Positions 47,336 to 56,249 of a stretch of 64,000 bases of DNA are shown here, one piece after another. The first letter of the stretch is position 1. Each line of letters begins with the position of its first letter. The DNA is taken from NCBI GenBank assembly GCA_016702545.1, contig JADJDT010000015.1:69744-133743 (forward strand). Direction: 5' to 3'. The position numbers and the translations under genes were made by a program. Source of the stretch: Pseudomonadota bacterium (GTDB taxonomy: Bacteria > Myxococcota_A > Polyangia > GCA-2747355). The notes under the pieces are model-generated. The model had not been told where the DNA came from. It searched no databases and was given only the letters and a program-made list of their open reading frames with translations.

Positions 47336-48168
47336 TGCCAGGGCGCGTCGAAGGACCAAGACACGTCCACCAGCGGGAGCGGGACCGAGAGCCGACTGCC
47401 GTAGGGGAACTCGCACCACGACAGCATCGCGCCGAGCCGTAGCTGCAGCGTCGCGCGCGGCTGCCAGGTGGCGAGCAGGGTCGCCTCGGCCGCCTTGTCG
47501 CCGCGCAGCCCCGGCATCAGGTAGCCGTCCAGCTCGACCCGATAACCGAGCCCGCGCCAGAGGGGCCCCTCGAGTGCCAGCCCCGCGTCGACGCTGAAGC
47601 CCGTGAACCAGGCCGCCGTGCGCGGGCGCACGACGTGCCACTCGACCTCGCTCCAGAAGCGCGGCCCGTCGAAGCGCGTCAGGTGCCGGGCCAGCCGACC
47701 GCCGGCGCGCAGCGTGAGGAGCTGCGCCCCCAGCGCCCGTGACAGGCGCAGGTGGTGGCTGGTCGCCAAGATATGCGGATAGGTCACGTCGTGCGGCACG
47801 ATGCCGCCCGTGCCCTCGCGCGAGAGCAGGCGCATCAGCGGCGTCGGGTAGAGCAGACCGTGGTGGCTGGCGACCTCGACGCTGCCGATCGCGCCCCAGG
47901 CGAAGGTGGCGTCGAGCTGCGGCGCGACCAGGGCCAGCAGGGGGTGCAGCGCGAGCTCGAGGCGATCGGTCACGCCCCAGCGCAGCGGCCCGAAGACGCC
48001 CACCTCGAGGCGGCCTACCGGCAGCGTGCGGGCGGTGTCCGGCTGGAAGAGCGCATGCGCCGCCGCGGCCGGCCTGGGGCGCCCGAGGCCCAGCAGCAGC
48101 GCCAGCAGCGCGGCCGTGGTGGCGGTGGCCGGGGCGAGCCGGCGCAGGGGCGAAGCGCCACCGGTCAT
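47332..48168 (-). CDS. hypothetical secreted / outer-membrane beta-barrel-like protein
   Basis: ATG at 48168 with an ATGA overlap onto the EEP gene. Signal peptide ...PAAAAHA, alternating strand pattern, aromatic C-terminus. Confidence 0.5.
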   Translation of the reverse strand: MTGGASPLRRLAPATATTAALLALLLGLGRPRPAAAAHALFQPDTARTLPVGRLEVGVFGPLRWGVTDRLELALHPLLALVAPQLDATFAWGAIGSVEVASHHGLLYPTPLMRLLSREGTGGIVPHDVTYPHILATSHHLRLSRALGAQLLTLRAGGRLARHLTRFDGPRFWSEVEWHVVRPRTAAWFTGFSVDAGLALEGPLWRGLGYRVELDGYLMPGLRGDKAAEATLLATWQPRATLQLRLGAMLSWCEFPYGSRLSVPLPLVDVSWSFDAPWH

Positions 48169-49373
48169 GGCGTCACCTCGTACTCGGCCACCACGGGCAC
48201 GTGGTCCGAGAGCAGCCACGCGGGACTCTGCCCCTCGGGCAGAGTGCCCTGGTCTTGCAGCGCCTGCGCCGTACCGGGCACCCACTGGCCGTTGGTGAAG
48301 AGATGGTCGAGCTTGCGATTGAGCGGGAAGTGCTCGTCGCCGACGAAGGTGAACCACGGCCCGGGGTCGGCCGCGAAGGCGGCCGGCGTGACCTCCGGTT
48401 GGTAGGCGGCGTAGAGCGCGTCGAGCCAGCTCTCCTCGCCCAGGTACTGGTCCGGCTCGAAGCGGCCGTCCGTGCAGCCCTCGTCCTCGGGGAAACGCTC
48501 ACGCAGTGGCGAGCCCGGTGGAATGGCGTTGAGGTCACCGCCGGCGATCACGCGCAGCCCGGCGGCGGAGAGGCCGTCGAGGATGGCCTTGAAGCGCTCG
48601 AGATGCTTGCGCTTGGTGCCGTCGTTGGAGAAGGCCTCGGCATGGACGTTCACCAGCGCCAGCTCACCGAGCTCGGGCACGGCAACGCGCACCTCCAGCG
48701 CGTTGCGGTGCAGATAGAAGTAGCGCTCGAGCGCCGAGGACTCGGTCTTGAGCGCCAGCGCGTGCCGCGTCGCCGCGCTGATCGGCCAACGGGAGAGCAC
48801 GGCGTTGCCCGAGTCCACCGGTCCGATGCCATCCGAGGGCACGTAGTCCGCCTTCCACTGCGAGGCATAGGCAGCCCAGCCCAGCCCCGTGCGACGCAGC
48901 AGGCCCTCCACCTGATCGACATAGGCAGCCCGCTTCGAGCGCCCGGTATCGACCTCCTGCAGCAGCACCAGATCCGGGTCGTAGCGCCGGATCCGCTCCG
49001 CCAGCGCGTCTAGGTTGGCGTTGACCTCCGCGGCGCTCATCAGCGTACGCGTCCCATTGCACTCCCAGAAGAAACGCAGGCGCGCGCCGGCGTACTTGAC
49101 GTTCCACGTCATCACCTTGATCCGCCCCGCGGGCGCCGGACCGGCCGCCACCGCCGCGTTGCGGTAGAGCGCCGCCCGCTCCACGGCGTCGAAGCCGGTG
49201 TTGAAGGGATCGCAGGCCGGCAGCGCAATTAGCGCCAGCAGCGCCAACGGCGCCTGCAGCGCCTGCGGGTCGCGGCGACGCCAAGCCCCAGCGCAAGGGC
49301 CCGGTGCTCGCGGCGGCTGGGTGAGCCCCGACTCGTCCTCGCGCGCGGGCGCCGCCCCCGCCGCGGGCGTCAT
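48165..49373 (-). CDS. endonuclease/exonuclease/phosphatase (EEP) family lipoprotein
   Basis: ATG at 49373. Lipobox LIALPAC. MTWNVKY, LLQEVD and a terminal SDHVPV motif. Confidence 0.8.
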   Translation of the reverse strand: MTPAAGAAPAREDESGLTQPPRAPGPCAGAWRRRDPQALQAPLALLALIALPACDPFNTGFDAVERAALYRNAAVAAGPAPAGRIKVMTWNVKYAGARLRFFWECNGTRTLMSAAEVNANLDALAERIRRYDPDLVLLQEVDTGRSKRAAYVDQVEGLLRRTGLGWAAYASQWKADYVPSDGIGPVDSGNAVLSRWPISAATRHALALKTESSALERYFYLHRNALEVRVAVPELGELALVNVHAEAFSNDGTKRKHLERFKAILDGLSAAGLRVIAGGDLNAIPPGSPLRERFPEDEGCTDGRFEPDQYLGEESWLDALYAAYQPEVTPAAFAADPGPWFTFVGDEHFPLNRKLDHLFTNGQWVPGTAQALQDQGTLPEGQSPAWLLSDHVPVVAEYEVTP

Positions 49374-51013
49374 CGGCTCCTCTTGCGCGCCGTGCGGGCC
49401 GCCTGGCGCGGGCGCTTCGTCGTACGCGCGGTGGCCTTGGAACCCGTCCGCGACGGTGCGGCCGAGGACGGCAGGCGCACCGACGCCGGCAGCGGCTTCG
49501 ACTGCATCACCCTCATCCACGCCTCGATGCCCTCCTGCGTGCCCATGTCGAAGCCCGCGTCACGGCCGGCCATCATGATCGACTTCGCCATCCCGAACAT
49601 GCTCGGGTTCGCGAGCGCGGCCTGGAGCCGCTCCACGGCGTCGCCAGCGAGCACGCGCACACACGCCTCGGCCTGCTCGAGCCCGCACTCGCGCTCGAGG
49701 AAGGCGTAGAACGCGTGCTGACTGGCCACGAGCCCGCCTGCAGCCGACGCGTCGATGGTCACCTGGCGCGGAGTGATCTCGAAGACAAGCTCGCGCAGCT
49801 CGGGCGCACCGAGCGTCGCGATCGTCGCGCCGAAGTAGTCGGCCGCCAAGTCCATCACGAGGTGGCACCACCGGACGTCCGTCGGCGCCTTCCCCTCCGG
49901 CGCGGCCAAGAAGCGCCGCAGCAGCTCCTGCTCGAGCGGCCGCCGCGCCTCGGGGTCGATATCCTGCCCGTCCCGCGCCAACGCGAAGAGCGCGGCCAGC
50001 AGAGCATCGCGCGGCCTTTGCTCGCCATGCACCTGCTCATACGGAATGCGCAGCGAGACCTCGACCGCACCGGCATGCGTGCGCACGGAGACGCTGCGCA
50101 CGAGCGGCTCGGCGCCCTTCCACACCGCGAGCAGCGCCTCCGTCTCGCTCAGCAGCTGAGGCAACGCGAGCGCAATCGCCTCGGCGAGCGTCACCTCCGC
50201 GGCCGTCGCCGGGCGCACCCCGACTTCCTCGTCCACCACCGCGAGCCACGGATAGGCGGCGGCGCCGGCGACCTCCCATTGATGTTCGGCGATCTCCTGC
50301 AGCAGCTCGGCCGACACCTCGGAGCGATGATCGAAGCTCAGCGCCAAGTGCGGCGGGACGGCGGGCTCCTCTCCGCGCTGGATCGCTTCGGCCCCGTCGA
50401 GGTAGGCCTCGAAGTGGTCCAACTTGGCGAAGAAGACGAACCCGAGGTTCTCGCCCTGCTGTCCCATGATCAACAGCGCGGCCTCCTTGACGCCGAGCTG
50501 CTCGATGTTGACGGCCAGGAGGCTCTGGTCGATCGGCACCGTCTTCCACGGCGCGGCGCGAAAGAACCCAGCCGCCGCGCGGAAAAACGCCGCGATCGCT
50601 TCCGGCCCGACCTCGGCTGAGAGGTAGGACTGGTCGTTCTCGGCGTCCGCGTCCATCGTCTCGAGCAGCGACGCCCGCACCACGTCGATCTCGGGCGTCG
50701 GGCCGCACACCACGTCGAGCCCCGGGTGCCCCTCGCGCAGCGCCGCGGCGAGCTCCGGCGACGCCACCCGTACGCGCCCCGGCGCGTGCGGCCGACCCCA
50801 GCTCGGACGCACGATCGTGCCCCGCAGGCTCTCACTCGCCTGGCCGAGCAGCTCGCCGGGCTTGCCCACCGTCGAGCCGAGAATGGCGCCCTTGGCACTC
50901 ACCCAGAAGAGCGCCTCGGGCCGATAGGGCTCGCCCTCACCCGTAACCGTCGCGGGCAGCACAACCAGCCCGCCGACCCACTCGATTCCTACTCGTCTGA
51001 TCTTCGCTGCCAT
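49370..51013 (-). CDS. hypothetical cytoplasmic protein (no family recognised with confidence)
   Basis: ATG at 51013 (MAAKIRRVG...), 547 aa. ATGA overlap onto the EEP gene. Confidence 0.55.
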   Translation of the reverse strand: MAAKIRRVGIEWVGGLVVLPATVTGEGEPYRPEALFWVSAKGAILGSTVGKPGELLGQASESLRGTIVRPSWGRPHAPGRVRVASPELAAALREGHPGLDVVCGPTPEIDVVRASLLETMDADAENDQSYLSAEVGPEAIAAFFRAAAGFFRAAPWKTVPIDQSLLAVNIEQLGVKEAALLIMGQQGENLGFVFFAKLDHFEAYLDGAEAIQRGEEPAVPPHLALSFDHRSEVSAELLQEIAEHQWEVAGAAAYPWLAVVDEEVGVRPATAAEVTLAEAIALALPQLLSETEALLAVWKGAEPLVRSVSVRTHAGAVEVSLRIPYEQVHGEQRPRDALLAALFALARDGQDIDPEARRPLEQELLRRFLAAPEGKAPTDVRWCHLVMDLAADYFGATIATLGAPELRELVFEITPRQVTIDASAAGGLVASQHAFYAFLERECGLEQAEACVRVLAGDAVERLQAALANPSMFGMAKSIMMAGRDAGFDMGTQEGIEAWMRVMQSKPLPASVRLPSSAAPSRTGSKATARTTKRPRQAARTARKRSR

Positions 51014-51228
51014 AGTTGTCACCAATACCACTTCTGGCAACCACGCAAACGTGGCGGGTCATCGATCGTCGAAGCTCTTCTGTCCGCGGACGTCGCGACC
51101 TCGGTCCCGGACGTCAGGCTTCCCGACTACTCACCAGCAGCTCATGACCTCGCGGGCCATGTCTCGGCCGAAAGTGGGGGCGAGCCCCGCTGACCTCGCT
51201 CTTTGATGGCGCTCTGGGGCATCCCCGG

Positions 51229-51987
51229 TCACCTACTGGCCTCGACCTTCGCGCGGCGGAAGACGAGCACGGCGAGGTCGTGTCGATAGTCCTCGCCGCC
51301 GCAGCGGACCTCCGTGAGCACCAGCGGGCCAAGCTCCCGGCCGCCGATGACGACCTCGACCGGGTCGCCACCGACGGGGGGCAAGCGGCCCTCCGCGAAG
51401 AGCTGCAGGGCCGAGGGCATCATCGTGTACACCGTCGCGGTACCGTCGTCACCGACCACGCCGCGGTGACGCTCCACCGGGAACCCCAGTGCCGTGTTCC
51501 CGCCCTTTGAGATCTGCACCTCATCGAGGAACCTACCGGCGATGGCGACGCGCTGCTCGATCGGCGGTGGGATCTCGGCCTCCACCCCGTCCGGGAGGGC
51601 CATCGTGCACACGAGGCGCCGCACCCCGTTGTCATCCGCGTCGTAGGTCCAGCTCCCGACCAGCCGCGGATCGAGCCAATGTTCGCGCCGGCGCTCGGTG
51701 AGCAGATCAAAGGTCGCGGCATCGTCGCGGGAGGCCTGGCGCCCGCGCAGGCGCTTGCGAAGGTCCTTCAGCTCCTTGACGCGCGGGTACGTCCAGCGCT
51801 TCGATGCGAGCACGCTGGCGTTCCAGAAGGTCACCGCCAGGGCAACGGCCGCGCGCGCGTCGTCGCTGGCGGGCGCCGAGCCGAGCCTGTCGAGCAGCGG
51901 GGCGGCTAGCTCGAGCACGAGCTCCGCGAGGTCGCGCTCGGGCAGGCGCACGACGGTCCACGAATACGGGTCTCGCCGCCGCGTCAT
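51229..51987 (-). CDS. hypothetical protein
   Basis: ATG at 51987 (MTRRRDPYSWTVVRLPERD...). ATGA overlap with the upstream gene. Confidence 0.55.
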   Translation of the reverse strand: MTRRRDPYSWTVVRLPERDLAELVLELAAPLLDRLGSAPASDDARAAVALAVTFWNASVLASKRWTYPRVKELKDLRKRLRGRQASRDDAATFDLLTERRREHWLDPRLVGSWTYDADDNGVRRLVCTMALPDGVEAEIPPPIEQRVAIAGRFLDEVQISKGGNTALGFPVERHRGVVGDDGTATVYTMMPSALQLFAEGRLPPVGGDPVEVVIGGRELGPLVLTEVRCGGEDYRHDLAVLVFRRAKVEASR

Positions 51988-53258
51988 CGTTCCCCCTCCT
52001 GCAGCTCCTCCCAAGTCCTGCCGGCCTCGACGGCGGCGAGGTTGAAGCGGGCGCCCTGGTTGTCGCCGGGGTTGAGCCACAGCAGCTTGCGGAACACCGC
52101 GGCGGCCTCGCGGGTCTTGCCGAGGCGCCAAAGGCACAGGCCCATGCTGAGCATGCAACGCAGGAACGGGCGGTTGTCGATCAGGCCCCAGGCGAGTACA
52201 CCATCGAACCTCTTGCCGAGCGAGAGCGTGCCGATGCTCAGGCCGACGTCGTAGTGGCGCAGCGCCTGGGCCGGCCGGTGGTCGAAGTCGAAGTTGCCGA
52301 GGTGCGCGTGAGCGTCGAGGCAGCGCAGGTCCTGCGCAAGCATGTTCATCAGGATCTCGCGCGCGCCGACACGATCGCCCGCGGCGTTTAGCTCGCTAGC
52401 CTCAACGATGGGGTCCGAGTCGAAGTCCCCGGGCTCGACGCCCGGGAGCACCTGCTCCATCTCGAACATCGGCCGCTTGCCTCGAGCGATGATGGCCTTG
52501 GCCCACGCTTCAAGGGGCTCGCCCTCTTCGCCCCAGTACCTGGTCTCAGGATCCCACTCGCCGCGAGGGCGAAGGGCGAGCGGTACGAGGCCGAGCGCCT
52601 CCACGTCCGCGCGCATCGAGAGCACACGCCCCGCCAGGTAGGCGTGGCGCGCGTAGGTCCACTGCTTCGTCGGCATGACCGTGATGATCCCGCCGGGCAC
52701 CTCGTCGCGCACCGGCTTGCGCAGCGTGAGTTCGCGGGCCGTGCCCAGCAGGCGGCAGCGGAGCGCGTTCCATTTGCACGCGAGCACGATCAGCTCGACG
52801 GGCCTGCCGACGACGAGGTCGGCGCTCGTGGCCCTGTGGGCGCTCGCCGGCGTGGCGCTGGCAAGCTCCCACCCCCCTTGCGTCAGGCCCGCTCGCGGGT
52901 GCCCGCTGGAGGTGATGGCGCCGGCCGTGACGGGCTCGCCGACGACGAACGCCTCCGCGGGCAGAGCGACCTCCTTCTGCGCGGCGCCCTCGAGCGCACG
53001 GAGCTGCTGGTCCTCGGTCTTTGCGCCCGCGCCGATGCGCGCGAAGGGCGCGCCCGGCGTGTTTGCCGCGGTCGGTTTGGCGAAGGTGCGCCGTCTGTTC
53101 CTCGGGTCGAAGACGCCCCGCTCCTTCGCGTCGGCGATCAGGTCGATGAGCTGGCCGAGGTCCTCGCGTCCGGTGGCGCTGTTGCCGGACTTCGTCTTGG
53201 CGGCGCGGGACTTCGCGCGTGGGGCGGGCTTCTTGGTAGGGGGATTCGGGCGCGTCAC
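51984..53258 (-). CDS. hypothetical protein with a basic N-terminus and a TPR-like C-terminal region
   Basis: GTG at 53258, 424 aa, balanced composition in the C-terminal 300 aa. Confidence 0.55.
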   Translation of the reverse strand: MTRPNPPTKKPAPRAKSRAAKTKSGNSATGREDLGQLIDLIADAKERGVFDPRNRRRTFAKPTAANTPGAPFARIGAGAKTEDQQLRALEGAAQKEVALPAEAFVVGEPVTAGAITSSGHPRAGLTQGGWELASATPASAHRATSADLVVGRPVELIVLACKWNALRCRLLGTARELTLRKPVRDEVPGGIITVMPTKQWTYARHAYLAGRVLSMRADVEALGLVPLALRPRGEWDPETRYWGEEGEPLEAWAKAIIARGKRPMFEMEQVLPGVEPGDFDSDPIVEASELNAAGDRVGAREILMNMLAQDLRCLDAHAHLGNFDFDHRPAQALRHYDVGLSIGTLSLGKRFDGVLAWGLIDNRPFLRCMLSMGLCLWRLGKTREAAAVFRKLLWLNPGDNQGARFNLAAVEAGRTWEELQEGER

Positions 53259-53443
53259 AACGGCTTCCCCTTCTTCCCCGTCGGCGCAGTGGGCGTCGCC
53301 TCGGCCCTAGGGATCCGGAGTTCCCGGATGGTTGCCTCGCGACGGAGCTCGGACGTGGTCCTCGGGGCGCGGTCGGTCATCGGCCCCTCGCCTTGGTGAG
53401 CGCCGCTCGTCCGGCCGGTCTCAGGGTGGCAGATCTCGGTCAT
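53255..53443 (-). CDS. possible small ORF (62 aa) bridging the defence island and the downstream genes
   Basis: Its ATG overlaps the HEPN stop codon (ATGA, 53440-53443) and its TGA overlaps the next GTG (GTGA, 53255-53258). The sequence is low-complexity and may not be coding. Confidence 0.25.
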   Translation of the reverse strand: MTEICHPETGRTSGAHQGEGPMTDRAPRTTSELRREATIRELRIPRAEATPTAPTGKKGKPL

Positions 53444-54161
53444 GGCGCATGCCCTTCCGCGGGCGCGACCGGCGGGACGCTTGCCTGTGCAGGCGGTTGA
53501 CCCGACGACGCTGTCGCGGCGTCGAGGCGCTCCAGTTCGGCCCGCCCACGCTGGATCAGCTCGTCGAGCTTCAACAAGCCCGCGGCCAATTGCCTCGCGC
53601 TCTTGTACTCACTCTCGGGGTCGATGTACCGCGTGACCTTCGAAACGGAGGTGTGCGCGACCTCGCCTCGAGCGGAGCCGAAGGATGAGAGATCCGACAG
53701 CAGCGTGGCGTCAATTTCAGGCGCGCCGATGCCGAGCGGCAGGAGCAACCTGAGGACGTTCTCCTCCTTCAGCCCGTGGTTCTGGCGCTGGGCCGACCTC
53801 CACACGGCCTGCGCCTTCTGGATGGCGTCACGAACATCCAGCTCAGCCCCTTGGTCCTTGAGCGACGAAGGCGGGGGAGTGCGTGGTTGCGACCAGAGAA
53901 CGCGAGCAAGCCAAGCAGAACTCGTGACGGGGTGCCGCGCTCAGACCACGCAGCCCAGGCGGCCTGGAAGAGATCGCTCGCAATCTCCTCGACGTAGGCC
54001 TCCATCTCCGCGTGCACGAGCACCCGAAACGATGCCGCCCGAAGATGCACTTCGTCGGGCTTGTCGTACGTGCCCGTCGGGTCAAACGGATCGGGCAAGA
54101 GCACCTTCCGCAGACGCTCGATGGCGTTTCCAAGCCTTTCGTGAAGCTCCGATCCGGCCAC
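53440..54161 (-). pseudogene. HEPN-domain (Rx4H) nuclease-like gene, frameshifted
   Basis: The N-terminal part is ORF 53769..54161 and the C-terminal part is ORF 53440..53805. The C-terminal part contains RGEVAH (Rx4H). The frames meet at a G5 run (53873-53877). It resembles the MAE_28990/MAE_18760-type HEPN genes that accompany DUF262 genes. Confidence 0.6.
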
Positions 54162-54164
54162 GTC

Positions 54165-55342
54165 TCACCCCAGAAGCTGGAGAAGGTGATCCGCTTGTCC
54201 GCGATCTTGGGAACGGCGAAGTCGAGGCCTGTGGCCTTGCGCAGCGCGCTCCCCCACGCGTCGAGTCGGAGCGCGGTGTTCTCCACACCTGCGGTGTCAC
54301 GCTCGACGGCAGCAGCGAACGCTCTGTCGGCGAAGAGGTTCGCATAGGCCGCGCGAACATCGTCGCCGTGGAGCGCGGTCGCCTCTCGAATGCGCGGATC
54401 CACGGCGAAGAACAGCAGCGCGTCTAGAATCGCTCGATTGAGCTGCCTGGAGCCGGGCTTTCGCGCGACGCCATCCGGAAACACCTGAAGGAGCGACAGG
54501 ATGGCGGCGTCGAACGAGTCGGCAGCCGCCACGATCGCGTCCTTCTTCGCCGGCCAGGTCTTGTTCATGTCCTCGAAGGCTGCATCGAGAAACGACTTGA
54601 AGCGTCCCCCGTAGGTCCCGAGGAAGAAGTGAAAGGCCAGGTAGCGCGCCAGCAACTCAACGTCGCGCATTCGGTAGTCGGGACCCTCGAGGCCGAGGAG
54701 GTCCCTGAGCCCCGTACTCTCGACCGAGCGCTCGTCCACGAAGTCAGTGAACTCGCCGGGGAAAAGGGCCTGCCGGAGTTCCTGCGGAGAGAGCTTCACG
54801 CTGCCTGTGTTCAGGCGAAGGAAGACCAGATGCAGGAACTCGATGTTGGGCCAGTTCTTGATTACGACCGTCCGAATCGGCTGATTCAGCAAGGACGTGA
54901 AGTCGTCGAGAAGCGCCGGGTCCCCTTCGAGGTCGGCGTACGTCTTGCCGGACAGCCCCTTGCGCACGTCCAGACCCGACAGTCGGTAGGAGTTGTTCGG
55001 GCCCTCGCCGAATCCCCAGAACTGAAGGAGAGAGCAACCTTTGCTTCCCGTCCAGCACCACGAAGCTCCTCTGCGCTCGCGTGATTCCGCCAGGACGATC
55101 TGGGGAATCGGCAGGCCGAGGATCAAGGACTCAATGAACTGGCTCTTCCGCTGTTTGTCCCAAGCATCGCGCCGCTGAAATCGAGGCTTCAGCACGATAT
55201 TGCCCCGCTTCAACTGGGACACGACGGTCTCCGTCGTCCAATCGGTCGCATGAAGGACCACATCGGAGTAGCGGACCTGAGCACTCGGCTCCGATGCTTC
55301 CTCGCTCGAGGCTTCCGAGAATTCGACGGGATCACGGGTCAT
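54165..55342 (-). pseudogene. DUF262 (ParB/GmrSD N-terminal-like) protein gene with a scrambled DGQQR motif and no native stop
   Basis: ATG at 55342. LKPRFQRRDAWDKQRKSQFIESLILGLPIPQIVL is a DUF262 hallmark. The expected VVLDGKQRLLS motif is readable only in another frame (55028-55069). The ORF then runs on to 53843 across the HEPN gene. Confidence 0.65.
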
Positions 55343-55427
55343 CGTTGCTCTCTCCGTTTTCGGTGTCTTTCGAGGCGTCCGTGGGCCCGCAGATCCACCT
55401 CGCGTAGCGCTGCGACCTCCGCGCCCC

Positions 55428-56249
55428 TCATGGCGCAAGCCCCCTCGTCAGCCGTCGCACGTAGCCCCGGTCGATGAGGCTCTCGAACTGCGTCCGCAGC
55501 GCCCGCGCGAAGACCGCGTCCTCGAGCAGGACGCCTGCCTCGATGTTTCGGCCTTGGGCGGCCTCGGTCAGGTTGGCGGAGGTGACGAACGCGCGCGCGT
55601 CGTCCACGACCACGCACTTGGCGTGCAGGCACGCGCTCTCCTCACCCACCGCCTGGAGCGAGCGCGGGTCGTAGTAGACCTCGGGCACGGGTTCCCAGGG
55701 CCAGATCTCCTTCCGGAACCAGCCGACGAAGGCGTCCTCGACGTCGCGCTCGGACGCGTGCGCCATGTAGTCAAGGCGACGGAGGTTCACGAAGATGCGC
55801 ACCGTCAGGCTGCTGACCTCGGCCATGCGCTTCGCGAGCGGGAGCAGCACCGGGTTGCCCTTGGCCTCGCCTTCCTTCGCCTTGTGGCCGAGGTTGAAGG
55901 TCGAGACGACGACCGACTCACGCGCTCCGCGAAAGAGCTCGTTGCAGACGACGGCCGTGTCCCGCGAGCCCGCGATGTCGAGATCGGACCAGACCAGCGA
56001 TGGCTGCGGCTTCACCTCGCCCACCCTTCGCGCCGCCTCCGCCAGACGCAGCGCAGCGACGAGCGCGCCAGCCTCGAGGCCGGCAGCGTGCAGCGCCTCG
56101 ATCAACCGCAGCGCGTCGGTCTGCTCGCCCTTTGCGACCTGACGCCCGACCTGCATCGCGCCGAACGGAGCGACGAGGGCGCCGCGCTCCACGGCACCAG
56201 CGAGCGCCCCGAGCGCCGTCGCGGACAGGATCGGAAGCGCCTCGCTCAC
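55428..56249 (-). CDS. drmC: phospholipase D-family protein, DISARM DrmC-like
   Basis: 273 aa. HKD motif LHAKCVVVDD...SANLT. GTGA overlap with the drmB stop codon. Confidence 0.75.
   Translation of the reverse strand: MSEALPILSATALGALAGAVERGALVAPFGAMQVGRQVAKGEQTDALRLIEALHAAGLEAGALVAALRLAEAARRVGEVKPQPSLVWSDLDIAGSRDTAVVCNELFRGARESVVVSTFNLGHKAKEGEAKGNPVLLPLAKRMAEVSSLTVRIFVNLRRLDYMAHASERDVEDAFVGWFRKEIWPWEPVPEVYYDPRSLQAVGEESACLHAKCVVVDDARAFVTSANLTEAAQGRNIEAGVLLEDAVFARALRTQFESLIDRGYVRRLTRGLAP

Noticed and set aside
53255-53443. The 62-aa ORF as a genuine small protein of the island, for example an antitoxin or regulator.
   Set aside because: The composition is low-complexity (Thr/Arg/Pro/Gly) and no motif is present. 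It is kept only as a low-confidence feature because both of its ends show 4-nt coupling overlaps.
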